DNA of 64,000 nt from Bigelowiella natans CCMP2755 (lineage: Eukaryota; Protista; Cercozoa), in NCBI GenBank assembly GCA_000320545.1, contig ADNK01000002.1, positions 62,001-126,000 of the forward strand, in the 5' to 3' direction. The translations under genes and the position numbers were made by a program. Position 1 is the stretch's first letter. The number at the start of each line of letters is the position of its first letter. Under the pieces are notes generated by a model. It was given only the letters and a program-made list of their open reading frames with translations. It was not told where the DNA came from and searched no databases. This document shows, piece after piece, positions 40,449 through 54,531 of this stretch.

Positions 40449-40554
40449 TAATTGATATCCATGTTCGTATGCGTGTGTTTGTCGTCGGGACAGTATGTAT
40501 GTACTACCTGATGATTATGATATGCGCCCAATGACAATTTCCCTCCTCCTCCTC

Positions 40555-40589
<35 letters not shown>

Positions 40590-40864
40590 TTTTTCTTCTG
40601 GATGAACAATGAACCTCCCATTGATGAGAGAGAGCGAGACACCCAATGCATAGATTCACACAACATAGCCACCGTATCCCTGCAGAACAACAACAACAAC
40701 AACAACAATGACAATGAAACATGAACAACGAACATCACGATGATGATGATGATGATGATACTACCAGTTATCCCAGAGAAGCTGTTCCCGTGTCAATTCA
40801 ATATGCTGCATGTATCTGTAAGTAGGTAAGTAGCAGCACCATCAGCGAACAACACGTGATATAA

Positions 40865-40926
<62 letters not shown>

Positions 40927-41222
40927 ATATATATATATACATATGAGCACCAGAGAAATCAGGAATCAACTGGTAGCCAACAGTTGTGAGTTGTTAAGGT
41001 AGTTATTAGGGTGTGAAGAATAAGAAGAACAAGTAGAATAATAATAATAATAATGAGATTCGAATATGATTCGTACAGTATGTAGAAGTGCTGGCTTTCT
41101 TTCTTGAAGGTTTCTCTTGAATCTGAGAGCTTCTTGCCTTTGGGGACAGGACTTCCAAGTAATCGTTGAGTGCGTGAATCTTCACGGTATATTTGAAGAA
41201 ACGCTGGATCGCCGAGAACCTA

Positions 41223-41255
<33 letters not shown>

Positions 41256-42319
41256 CATCACCATTACTAACTAACATCACCAACAAAGGATGATGGGAAA
41301 TGATCTCCTCTATCTCACTACTACTACTACTACCACTACCACTACTCTTAATCTTTAGATAAATTACTTAGGCTAGAATAGGAAAGAATAAGAAGAATAA
41401 GAATATGAAGAGCTGGTGAACATACACACACACACACACCGTAGATGAATATAGTTTGGACGACAGCTGTTGTTTCAGTCTTTCCTCGCAATGCTGATGG
41501 TATCTGAGCACGTTAACAAGGTAAAATAAAGCCTGTGTCTGGATATTAAACGGGGGGGGGAGGGGGGTGCTAGATAGATATGTTCTTCTACGGATTTGAT
41601 TCTTCTTTCATTCTCTCTTCTTCTTCTATTAGACACACATGATGACCACCGCCATCATGATCATCATATCGTCGTATGTAATATAGCAAGTACACTATTA
41701 CTACTACTACTACCTACCTACCCCTACTACCTTTGGCATGCCAACTCTACTACCCGGACGTATTCCTCCACAGAAAAAGGTAAAGAGAGCATATCTCTGT
41801 TGTTATTGTTGTATTAGTAGTTGGAACAAAGAATCAAACAAACAAACAAACGACCAACATAGCAATCTGTCATGCTGATGAGAGAATGCAGTTGATAAGT
41901 GACTAACAGTACAGTTCCACTACTATATGCACCTCATCAGGTCTTGCACAAGTCTCGAAAACCTGCGATTATTATTGGATAGATGTAGGATAAGTTTCTT
42001 CTTCTTCTTCTTCTTCTTTATTGATACTACCCATGTAAATCACTGATAAAATTTATTAAACACCCTCTTCCCCTTCCCCTTCCCCCTCCCTTCCCTTTAC
42101 TGACTGTATAGAACTGTGAACAATGACGGGGGGTACGTCGCCCACCGCATTGACCACCGAGGAGATGTTGCAGTGCTCCGTTTCGATTGGTTTGAAGCTT
42201 GCAGTGTCGCAGAGAATACGGGTAATAAACTGTGGTGATGGTTGTGATATGTAACGATGATCAGGGAACAACAAGAAAATCACAATAAGCGCCATCATGA
42301 TTATCATCATCATCATGTC

Positions 42320-42372
<53 letters not shown>

Positions 42373-42632
42373 CCTTGTGCGTGTCAGCTTGTACCCTTGG
42401 AATGAACTCCCTTCTTATGAAACTGTTCATGAATTGCCTCAAGGGAGGACTTACTTCCGTGCTGGAATCCTCTTCTTCAATCATAGATTGGGCCTGAATA
42501 ACATTAACAACAACGACAACAATACCAAAAATAATAAATCAAAAAAGAGGTGTTAATATCAACGTCATTATGTGCCTAACCACCTCGTCTTTATATCTCA
42601 CAACGAACAACGATCTAGTGTTTACCACATCT

Positions 42633-42672
<40 letters not shown>

Positions 42673-43006
42673 GTATGTATGTATTATATCGTCGCAACAA
42701 CTACCTGATCCATAAACGTGACTACTCTCCGGTAACAAGCCGTCACATGGTAAGGAGATGCCTTTGTTGTTGTTGTTGTTGTTGTTGATAATAATAGCAA
42801 CAACATCGTCAATATTCTACTCATTTTCTCTATCTCCCACTATCTATGGAATACTACGACGTTGAGTTTTTCACCAAAATCATGAGGGAATAATACATTG
42901 CTATCATCATCATCATCATCAGGAGGAGGAGGAGGAGGAAGAGGCATACTAACTAACCTCTATCCATTGAGGGTGTTGCGTCGTTACGCCTGTTGTTTAC
43001 AACGTC

Positions 43007-43041
<35 letters not shown>

Positions 43042-43633
43042 TGTAGGTAGCAGTGAGGAGAAGGAGGAGGAGGAGGAGGAGGAGAGACAAAGTGGGGGAC
43101 TATAACGTACTTTTCATCGCACACAACTGCAACAATTACAACTACAACTACTACTATTGCAAATATTAATCTTTATTATTGTATTATCGTGACGTTTAGT
43201 GAATAATAGCACCTTTTTTCTCCTTCCTTTCCTCATCAGCATACATAATCATGTGCCTTCTTCTTCCTCCTTCATTCCTACCCTCGTTTGGATTTTCCCT
43301 TGCCAATGCAGCAACACTCGGAATATCAGAATGCTCAAACCGGAAGTCAAATAGCAGTTCCCTGATCAAAGAATAATAATAATAATAATAATGTGTGATT
43401 ATTGGGAAATAGATGAGTAGTAGTTGCATCATTGCTAGCAACAACACCATTCTTTCATTAAGCAAATATTAACCAAATAATTTACATTTAGAGTTAGTCG
43501 TCACAAATATCACATATGAGAATATAATGTAATATATTGAGAGGCGGGGAGGGGGGAGGGGAGAGAGAGATGAAGAAGTACAACTACCCTTTGATATCTG
43601 ATTCCTTCTTCGCCTCTTCAGCTGTGGTAACAG

Positions 43634-43676
<43 letters not shown>

Positions 43677-43971
43677 TATCAATCTTAAATCGAATCATCA
43701 TCATCACCACACAAAAATGTAGTACAATCGGAAGTAATCATTTACTCATCATTTTCTTCATGTTGTTTGCTTCCGTGTTATAGGAGTACTCAATCCATTT
43801 CACATCAAATGTCTCGACTACTATTACTACTACTACTACTACTGCTGCTACTATTACTACTACTACTGCTACTACTACTACTTGTGGCCAATGTCACGCC
43901 TGCTTCTTCAGTTTTCTTCACCTTACATATTGTATTTCAAGACAATAATAATGGAAATTTTAAAAAGATAA

Positions 43972-44003
<32 letters not shown>

Positions 44004-45391
44004 CTGTGAGTGTGAGTGTGTGTGTGTAAATCGGTTAGCATATTTTGTCATAGTTTTCTTAATCATCCTTCCCAGGAGAACATTATAAGCTCTATTATCT
44101 CCTTTGTACCTTCCAATATGTCCTCAGCATTTCCTTCAATTTCGCTTGCATAGCTTCCCAAACGAATCTGATAAATAAAGGTGAAGAAAATGTCGATCAT
44201 GATAGAAATATACTAATACAATGATGGTTCTACGATGACGATACGATGTAAATATGATAAAGCATAGTATAAACACGCTGTCTTTTTAGTTTTAATATCA
44301 TGCACCATCGTCATTTTTTTGTACCACTAATATTTAGAATAGGTGTTGAATAATATTGTGATTCTTGTTCATGATATAAGACGCAGGGACGAATTCACAA
44401 GCTCTGCAACAAGCAAAACTTGTTGTTTTCTGCTGCTAAACAATGATGACAACCAACACACACCTTGCATTCATTGTGTCTTCTTCCCTTACTTTTGTTG
44501 TTTGCTTTTTCATCCTAAAGACAGCAGATAAAAATACTTACTGGCTACTGGCACTCATCATCTGTCTACTACTGGAATGATTTCGAATAAATATATGAGT
44601 GAGCACACAATATAGGAGAACATCTTGATGTACTTACTGTTGGTGCAAATTTCGCCTTCGGGATCCCATCATCAAATCCGATGTATTTATACGTCCAAAT
44701 AAGGTATCGTCCTCCTTTTTAACGAATCAACGAATGAACAAACGACTCCTCTATTTCAATCCTTCTTCCTACTACCATAAAATATATTTATTATTGAGAT
44801 GTTAAAACATACATCTTCGTCCTCGTCATTATCATCGTCGTCCTCCTAATAAGGTGTAAAGGTTGTATGTGCTTATTGATTCATAATGATGATGATGCTC
44901 GATAATATATAATGTAGCAATCACAGCTGCAGCATCATCAGCAGCAACAAGGATAATGAATGACCGCTTCCTTCTCCATAGCCTCCCTTCTGGCCTTGGC
45001 TTCGTGTTCCTTTCTCATTACGGCTACATGCACCAAAAGGGTAAGGGTGGTGGTGGGTTAACATCAGGCGGTGGTCGTTTCTAAGGCGTCTGATGCGACG
45101 CTGCTGATAGATTTTATCGCTACTCGTTGGTTTATTATCATTAATATTATTATTACTATTATTATTACCCCAGACGTTAATTTGATTCTGCAGCACACTC
45201 GTAAAACGTTGAAACACAGAGTTCATCAATTCCATCAACCTCTGCTCAGATCTGCTTTCGATGATATAACAACAGTCATAGCCATAAAATCAAAACAATA
45301 TGGATCTTCTGGCATACAACGCACCTAGCTATCACCGTCATCACACACAAACACACACACACACACACACACGCACACACACGCACACACT

Positions 45392-45425
<34 letters not shown>

Positions 45426-45605
45426 GGTACTAGGCATACAAACTGAAGATGGATGGTGTAACGACATCATTTGGAACATTCATTGATCGGCGACACCGTT
45501 CGTTTTTAGTCACTCACTCAGTTGAGTCACTCACTCACCACCACACATTCTATTTTGCGTCTTCCTTCAACATTTTTTTGGGTTTTCCAAAGAGATTTGA
45601 ACGTA

Positions 45606-45639
<34 letters not shown>

Positions 45640-48461
45640 GCTACTACTATTATTACTGTTGTAAGGAGTTGAACAGATGTCCTGAGCTTGTTGCTGCTGC
45701 TGCTACTCCTGCAGTACCACGTGAGCTACTACTACCATTCGTTGTCGTCGTCATCATCATCATATTATCCCAAGGATCATCCGCCACCACTCCCACTACA
45801 CCCAATTCACGACTGGATGATGATGGCCGTTTTTGCGAATACCTGTGATGATAGTAGTGTGCTGTTGATAGCGCTGTTTCAAACAGCAGGAAGAAGAACA
45901 ATAATAATAGCTGCTGGGAAAGTACAATTGGCAGCTGTTGCAACTGAACATCGTTGTCTAAATCCTCATATCATCTATCAAGTTTAATGCTAACTGACTT
46001 TTTTTGGAGGTTCTCTGCCTCCGCATCGATTATGTGTTGCAACTCGTTATGAACCTGCAGGGATGGGGATGGGATGGAATGAAATAACGAGGTGGATAAT
46101 CATCAATGGAATTACGAATTACTACCCTATTTCTTAGAGCTGATTGACAGGAGGGCAGCCTTCCCAACTGAACGAAAAGAAGAAACAATTAAATCAATGT
46201 TTCACGAGTAATACATACTACGGATTGAACCTTCGAGAGCGACTCGATAACAATATCAATAAGCAATGCTGAATTTCCTTCCGGATTTCCAAGGTACCTA
46301 ATATTCGCATAAGTAAGAATCTTAGTAAGGTCCAACCAACGACCATGAAGAATCGAACGCTTCAATGCAAGCCAAAGTGTGCGAACTAGTAGCTAATAAG
46401 AAGATTACGTGTCGGATTTCTCTTCTTTCAGCAACTCAAGAATCTTTTTCTCCTCCTCCTCGTTTTCGTTGTCTGGAGGCTGCTGAGATTCCTCGTACGA
46501 CAGAAAATTACCGCCTTTGGTGCTATTATTTCCTGCTCCTCCATCGCGGAATGGGGAGAACTTGTCTGCGCCTCGAGGCTCGAAGTACTATAACCAATAT
46601 GATATCATTTCCAAAATAATGGTAGGTGCTATTTTTATTATGGAAGTGTTGATGCCAATATACCAGTGCTACCCTTAGTAATTTTATTACTTCTGCTACT
46701 ACTGTTAATAATAATAATAATACTTGCTTCTCCTTTTCCATAGATGGTATTGCTACTGTCAGTATCGACTAAAACTACAATTATACCCTTTCAGAATTCC
46801 TGAATGATCCTCCCCTCTTGGTAAAACTGCCATCCTTCTCATCGCCACCTTCAATCGAACATTAAGAATGTAGCATAGTGATTTAATTCAAAACAAGACC
46901 GAGACATCAAACTTGTTCTATATTGCTATCATTTATTTAGAAAAGTGAGAGCATCAACCTCCCCTCATACTGCCGTGGAAGCTTGAGCCAGGCCGACTAT
47001 TATTATGTGAACTACTATTTCGATGGTTACTGACGCTTGTGCTAATTCCATCTGAGAGAGTGTTTATGAGAAGATACAGCATCATCATAGTTATTAATCA
47101 AATAGACTTCATACGAGTTTATCAGCATACCAGATGCTGGAACTGTGATATCATTGCGATCTTCCGTCTCTGAGTAAATATGCTTATGCAAGTGGTCAAT
47201 TAGCATTTCCTGGATTGCGTTTCTCTGAGTGAGCATGTGCTGCCTTATCTGAACAATAACAACAACGCACGACGTTATCGAGATGCAGGCTGCTGCCAAT
47301 AAAACAGAAACGTGAAGAATCGAAATTGCACAATCACTGGTTTTTACATCGTCTAGAGCCCCAAAACTGCCGAGATCATCGGCAAGGAGTAGCGAAAGGG
47401 TATGGATAACAAGCTGCACAGCGTGTAGATACCTAATAAACCACAATCCTTAGGGGACACAGAATGTCTAATCGTCTTCGTGATGATATAACATCGTATG
47501 TACATCTTATAATGAACCAGTATAGCAAACTCAATAAATGTAGATAGTGTTTATTTACTGTTTCCGTGCCAAGAATTGCTCCACTTGTTTCGGGACACCA
47601 ACGACATATTCCACTTTGTCAAGAATTGCCTTGGGAAAGAGAGATAGAGATGATGAGAGTAAGAACAAATTCTCAAGTTGGCCAAAGAATCATTTCTTCG
47701 TTCCCACCAGAATCTTTTCTAGCCTCTTGTTTTCTAGATGTCTCTCTCGGAGCGAATCGGGTTTTGTAACCTGTGTTGAAGTTGTCTTAAAATTTGTAAG
47801 TTCACAAATAATTTGATGCGAAATAATACCAGAATCCGGCGACTCTGCTTTAAGTTTTCCAGAAGATTATCCACCTTCCTTTGCGTACCTCCAAACCGAG
47901 ATAGAATCTGGCTAAATGAAGACGTTGCCGTGTTGAAGCCTTCCCGAGAGAACAATAAAAAGGACGGAAATAGGTCAGATTGCACCGAATGTTACAACAC
48001 AATGGAAGAACCTTTGGTGTAGACATCCAGGATCAAATCAACAATCTTATCTATCGACGATTCCCTGATAGAAAATAATGCATTCGTGTGTGACCAGAAA
48101 ACATTACATAGCATGATATCTGCGAGTAATTTCGTGCATATTTGCAAAATTAGCTCTCTTTTGAACAAATTGCCGTATCTAGGCACTCTCAGCGCATTCC
48201 AGATTAGACTAACATGACTCGCAAAATTTCTTTGTCTCACCATTTTTTCAGCTTTCTCTCATTCTCCTTCCAATACTTGAAGGGGTTAAAATTATGCTCG
48301 CTTTGAAACTCCTCCTGTGTTATGTGGTGCCGTTAAAAACATGGGTAAGCATACTCGAGGCAACCGACCGGGTAGTTTTTCGACAGAGTATTAATCTTTT
48401 TCATATCGAGCGTCCCTCCAGGAAGGCTCATCCGGCTCTTCATCCGACTTCGATTGCTCAT
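38513..48461 (-). CDS. SEC8: Exocyst complex component Sec8 (EXOC4), many exons
   Basis: Spliced peptides EEFQSEHNFNPF, DVYTKGFNTATSSFSQI, ILDKVEYVVGVPKQVEQFLARKQYLHAV, LIDHLHKHIYS, NPEGNSALLIDIVIESLSKLGRL, and C-terminal GVLQITRNLYALQQNLTNI...FDRARSYFEL, stop at 38513. ATG 48461 (MSNRSRM) is inferred. Confidence 0.9.
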
Positions 48462-48721
48462 CTTTCAATGGTGTCTTTTCCTCCCCACTGTGTCCCAACA
48501 GTCATCTTAGGCCGACCGTGGTGTTTTAATTCCCACACATACTTCAAGTTCCAACGAACTCAATACACATATCTTATACAAGGTTGTATGTAGTTTCATC
48601 AGGAAAAATAGAAGTTAGTATATTGTGGACCTGAGGGTGGGTCAAAAAACAACGAGAGCGCTGAGGAATAATAGCTCGACCCTGATCGCACTGAACCAAT
48701 CTCGAGAATCTGATTTGTCAG

Positions 48722-50034
48722 ATGGAGAAGGACGGAAGGGATATACCATCTGCGACAACACATTGTACATGTCTTACCCTTTAAATGTCAATCATGCTCT
48801 TCTGTAAGGAAAAATAAGCTATGTACTCAAACTTCCACTTGCAAAACACGAGCAGGGTTGCTTCTTCGTATTCTGGTGTGCCCCGCTCATCCATTTGAGG
48901 CATACTAACTATATAATACAGGGCTATCATAAGCTCATTATCATTGGTTGTAAAGCGGCATATTGCCGTGGTGGCACACAATGTCTTCCAAAAGTCCCAT
49001 CGATCAGCTGAATCCACGTAATAATAAAAATTTTCGACTTCGTATGGAGTTTTGTTTCAATAACTCTATTGTATTTTTTCATAGCAGAACAACCCACAGA
49101 CCATGTGGTTCTTGTTCACATTATTTAACCTGCAACCAGTTGCCCTGCTATTTGAATGTGAACATTCTTTTTAAAATGAATGATCCACATGTATTTTGCC
49201 AGGAGATAGCGAACAGGCTAATGGAGACCAAAAATTTGGAGAAATTAGAAACACAAGTAGAACCTGATTGAAATTGAAGCACAAATAATCGTTATCTATC
49301 TACATCTTTAAAAAACTATCTTTGTTATTTCAGCCATTGAACGCGACACGATAGATACGATTGTGAGTAAGCAGGAAGCTACAGCTGTGGGTAAAGCAGA
49401 AGCTAAAGAACACAAAATTTTGAAAAAACTTGTCAATAAAAGCTACATCCAATTCCCTAACAAATAACTCACATGCAGCAATACAAACCCGAGCTGGGGA
49501 TGCTAAAGAGGATACATCTGTAGAAGAAGCAGGTGCAAAATATGAAAATAATTAAAAAATGGTAAAATCCTAAAAGCACGCCTCACCATTTGAATAATTT
49601 CTTATTGTGTTCCATTTGACTTATTTCTGAATGTGTTCCAGAGGAGAAAGAATACCAGGGGGAAACCACCGAAGAAGAAGCAAAAACAAGTCTATCTGTT
49701 AGAGGCATTGAAAGATTGCAGAGAACAGTGTACGTATTCGCTTTTCTCAGTCTTCTGCCATATCACTAATGATTTATCATCTGAAGGTTGGAAGACCTTC
49801 ACATATCCAGCAAAATGCTACATGATTTCAATGAATTCTCAAGGGAGAAAATCGGTGATGCAAAGAAAGTATCAGTGAAATACTGTAAACGCATCCGCAA
49901 GATTCGAGAGTTATTATATAAGACTTTTGAAAAGATAAGGTTGAGAACAGAATTTCATTTCAATTCGTATCAATCTTACATATTTCTATTTTGACAGGAT
50001 TTTGAAGGATAAAATTAAAAAAATGGATTCGTAA
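48722..50034 (+). CDS. KxDL-domain protein (KXD1/BORCS4-like BORC subunit); start uncertain
   Basis: The final exons give LEDLHISSKMLHDFNEFSREKIGDAKKVSVKYCKRIRKIRELLYKTFEKIR-ILKDKIKKMDS*, matching the KxDL family pattern L...N.ML..FN..S...L...MK.DL..IF.RIR.LK.KL. The KxDL tetrapeptide itself has diverged to RELL. Confidence 0.6.
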
Positions 50035-50199
50035 TTCGTCTTGGTAAGATTCTTACAAGTTCGTAATTTCTATATTGTTTACAATATATTGTACGAATTA
50101 TGCGAAAGCAAGCGCCAGGACTCATGAAACAAAGTAAAATGAAACCAGTATCATAGGTGTAATTATATTTTGCTAAATATTCGGCGAGTGTCGAAAACA

Positions 50200-50900
50200 T
50201 CGAGGGGCGGGCACGTGCATTTTTTTTAAACGGACGCGGGTGTGCGTGGCGTACCGCGTACGATCCAGCTATGTCACCGCAATATTTACACCTAATAAAA
50301 TGTGTGTTCTGCATGCCCAGAATTTTGTATTCGCATAAAATTCTGTCTCATGTGGTAGCGCGCGATACCATTGAAATTATACAGTCATTATACCATGCTA
50401 CCGTAGACGCCCCATGTGTCATGTAGTCATGTACATACACATGATGTGTGTGCATGCATGCCCGTTTAGTTGTTTGACTGATCGACGTTACGTTGCATGT
50501 AAAGATCGTCTCGCTGTGCTTTGCTACTTGCAGTGGATGCACCTAGCAATGCAATGGCGCTATAGGGCGTGTACACGCTAGCAAGCGCGCAGCTAGTATT
50601 AGCCATACATGTAGCGTGTTTTGCATAAACATATCTTAAGCTAGCCAGACGCTTTCTAGTAGACCGTGCCATCTAGACATGTGCAATTCTTCTCGTGCGC
50701 ATGTGCGTTCTCATATCTACTCATGCCATTCTTCTAGTATATTGTACAGCATGCATGCTTGACAGACTAGCAGACCTATTATACTATGAGCGCATGGGTG
50801 TGCAATGACGCGTATTGCTAGACTGTACGTAGTACTGATTCGACGAGTGATCGAAAAGTGCAGCAATTTCTAGGCATTCATATTCGATACACAATAGCCA
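50200..50900. other. RY-alternating, CTAG/GCATGC-rich tract between the convergent KxDL and DCP1 ends
   Basis: Same word usage as the depleted tracts (gctag, gcatgc, gtgtgcatgcatg), but many TA remain. Confidence 0.45.
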
Positions 50901-51126
50901 GCTTGCTTACTTTATTAGATCTTACCCATCGATGAGTTAAAAATAAATAAACGTTTACCAGCGCTCAATGTAGCATTATATATGGTTAGAATCGCAGCAT
51001 CCCTTAATTTAGTTGCGCACGGGTTCGTGCCTTACAGCTGCATACAATAGTCCACAAATAATTATATTGTGCTACATCAGATGACCAACACACATAAGAT
51101 CCTTTAAGGTTGCACGAAGATTTAAG

Positions 51127-52577
51127 CTAGGTCGTTGAAGAACCAGAAAATACAAGGTACTTCGCATAAACAGCATCGAATACTTCCGGATCCTGTCGAA
51201 ATACCGCATCAAACCGTGGTGGAAGTTGTGATCAATATTAACATTGGCTAACCTCGACCAGAGAATGAAGAAAATCTCGCAATTTTTGCTTGGACATTAA
51301 TCTAGAAGCTGAAAGTCTACCCACATTAGGCTTAGGCGTTCTGCTTTCGAGAAGATTCTACAAGGTGAATGGTTGGATGAGAACATTAAACGAATTGAAT
51401 AATTGAAGTTGACAATACCGACACTCCGTCCTCTTTCCCATCAACAGCGAGGAACTAAACATCCACAAATCTTAGGTTTGAATCTATGTTAATCAATGAT
51501 TTGAGTACCAAATCATCATCTTCTTCCTCCTCGTGGAAGATTTGCCGAACATTCCTACTCTCTGTATGACTCATCTTCCCAGGCATTGAAATATCTAAGA
51601 GATCATCGGGGGAAAGTAGCTGCAAAGAAAAGAATTTATTCAAAAAATTTCAACATGACTGGAAACGTATGGTTCAAAAAATGTAGTCCATATGCACTGA
51701 TTACCACATCTGGTTCCGTTGCTGATAAAGGTGAACAGTTCGGAGAAGATGATGCAACGACTTCTGGCTTTTTGGAAGATGCTAAAGGACGAGTATTTTT
51801 CGGTTTCTGATGTCTATGCTTTCTGTCGGAGTGTTTTAGGCCTGCACAATGTACTTCAGAAGAAGAGCGAGAATGGTATCATGTAATTGAGACTTATCAA
51901 TGACCTGCTTGTTTCATTCCATCTCGACTTGAACGGGGAGCAGTAGCGGATAACCTTATTTGCAAGACTTATGAATGATAAACGTGTGATTGAATAAAGT
52001 TCATACCGGACAATGAGATCGTAACATGCTTTTTGATCCTCAAGATCGTAGAACCAAAATGCAAAGACTTTGCCCCCCTTTCTCGATTCAACGTAGACAA
52101 AGCTGGAAAGTATTCCACAAATCAGCCCCAGTTTATCATTAGAGGCATTCTTAAATACGATTTAATACTTTGTATTTGATTCAATCGTCATGTTCGGCAC
52201 AATATCCTGAAATAGAAAGTAATATTTTAAGAGGTATGATAAAAGAACAGATTGCGAATATGTAGGACCAGTTCGAAGTTATCCAGGCTTTTCCGGTTTA
52301 GGATTATGATTTTATTCTTTGGTGCTGATGGAGACTCAGGAGATCTCTCAACTATGAATAGCGGTCCCCCCACTTCTGAGTTTTTCTAAATTCAAGTACA
52401 CCATCAAACAAACATTGGGCGTTTGCTCTAAGAAATACGTACCCATTGCATTGCTTCAGATAGTTCGTAAGCTGCTGTAAACTTAATACAGAGGAGAAGA
52501 TTTTTAAGACGGGGGTCGTGCCTCCTTAATGTTTTGAGCACTTGCGTGTGGGTTTGGGCAGGTGCCGCTGCTGCCAT
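51127..52577 (-). CDS. DCP1: mRNA decapping enzyme regulatory subunit Dcp1
   Basis: EVH1 domain VLKTLRRHDPRLKNLL...QW-KNSEVGGPLFIVERS...IIILNRKSLDNF...KVFAFWFYDLEDQKACY, and C-terminal trimerisation helix LMSKQKLRDFLHSLVE-DPEVFDAVYAKYL*. Confidence 0.88.
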
Positions 52578-53107
52578 GATTTGATTTGGGCAGCAGGCAG
52601 GCAGGCAGGCAGAGTTTGGTAGGATGTGTCGATAGTTGTCAATTTGAGAAGTACTATTTTCCTTGTAGGTGTAGTAGTAGTAATAGATCTATGTATCTTC
52701 CAAATTTGTACTATTATTACACCTGAGAAAAACCAAACGACTATTATTCTTATTTCTTTTCTTCTTCGTCCTCTTCCATCTTTTCCTCCTCTTCATAATC
52801 TTCCTCCTGTCTTTCTTGTATTTTAGGATATATCCTGCAGGATATTTGAACTATTTTTTCGCTGCAATCGGATGATATTTATCACATACGACATCTGATT
52901 ATATTGTCGAGCACTACAAAATCCCGTTTCATCTCTAGTATCGAGTTGCGTACGCCCCTTGAAGCGAAATAACCAAGGTAAGATCCAGATCCAGAGAAGC
53001 ACATTTACCCTTAAGGCCTCATTTCGGTCGAGAGACATTTAACATAACGTTACATCTTTCCAGTAATTTACCAGCTGCAAATTTTTGTTACCTTGTTAGC
53101 CTTCATC

Positions 53108-53716
53108 ATGGCGACACAGCAGAAAGAACAAAAGACCAATATGAGTCAGCTTCTCCCGCTAGGTCATACTATATCATCGTAATTCATAATGTGCTGTTGC
53201 GAAACTTGGTTAAAATCTTTGAGCGCTGATGGACCGGAAGAAATTCCTCACTGAAGAAACCAATTTTCAATATTCAGCTTTTTACGATTTCAACCAGCAA
53301 TGATAAACCCCATCATTCTAACATGCAGTATTTAATGGAGTGTTTTACGCTGATTTCTACTTAGAACTGATTGATAAGTGTATCGGAGAAAAGATATGGA
53401 TCATAATGAAGGTAGAATACAAGCTCAATGGCTTTGTTGCCGAAGTTAATTACGAACTGTATTGTTTTTTTTTAAAAAAGGGAGATAAAGAGCTTACTGG
53501 CACTTTGCGCGGATTCGATGCATACGTGAACATGGTGTTAGATGATGTTACGGAGTACGATTTTGCTGAAGAAGGAAAAAAAGTTACAAAGCTAGATTCT
53601 ATCCTCCTCAATGGGAACAACGTATCATTAGTAAGTCAACTATTTTTCATTTGAATTCCATTGTGTGACGCATTGTTTTACAGATGGTTCCAGGAGGAAA
53701 ACCTGAAGAGAAATAG
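53108..53716 (+). CDS. LSM5: Sm-like protein LSm5
   Basis: Four exons give [60 protein letters not shown]...[24 protein letters not shown]. Confidence 0.96.
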
Positions 53717-53899
53717 TTTGCTGTATTCTCTTAATATTTTAAAATCGGTGCAATTAATATCGAATAAACGTGCACATAGTGTGTTAATGATGAAAGGTGC
53801 ATGCTCATCCTTATACGATTTTGCACAATTAACATAAATGGTATTTGAATATGACGCTGCATGGGCTCTGCTGTAGGATATGTAGTGTCTATAACTTCT

Positions 53900-54490
53900 A
53901 CTAAAAGAACTGCTTTCGGTTGCCCGTGCGCACAATAAGAAGGCTACATGCTATGCGAACAACAACACATAAAATGATGTATATTCGCAGTCTAGCAGTG
54001 CTGTGTGTGCATGCATGTAATCATTATTGCAGCTTACTGTGAGATTATCACATACCATACCTAGCTAGATAGTTCTAAATGTTAGACTTACCTGTGTACG
54101 TAACATAACACCAGTTTTAGCATAAGATTACACTACTACAGATATAATATATACGTATGTCTATTGTTTACCGTGTAGCTTCACTATTTCATCATCTTTG
54201 TTTGTGCTGGGCATTTAAATTTGTGGTCTGCGCAGCTATCTAGCTGTGATAATGATATGCTAGCTGTGTCGTGCTATGAATGGGCACAGCACTGCGCGCG
54301 CATATGTAAGACGGATACGATGTAATTGATCGATTAAGTGTGTGCATCTCTTGCAAACTATCCACATGCTGCGAGGCTAGGTATGCACATGCACTAGATG
54401 CAGCATATTTCGAGAAGTAGCATCCTCTTCAAACACACTTGAAAAGCATTAACGCTTGCGATACACACTGGCACACATCTGTCTTGCATT
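53900..54490. other. RY-alternating, CTAG-rich tract between the convergent LSM5 and monooxygenase ends
   Basis: gtgtgtgcatgcatg, ctagctag, gcactgcgcgcgcatatg, gcacatgcactagatgc; TA loss is only partial. Confidence 0.45.
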
Positions 54491-54531
54491 GAGATAATTA
54501 ATTAGAACTATTATTGCGTCTAGCTAATATA

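Noticed and set aside
39196-45987. Many 60-140 aa ORFs with poly-L/Y/I/V/S runs
   Set aside because: Translations of intronic microsatellites or antisense frames within SEC8; the same applies inside VPS52 and other genes.
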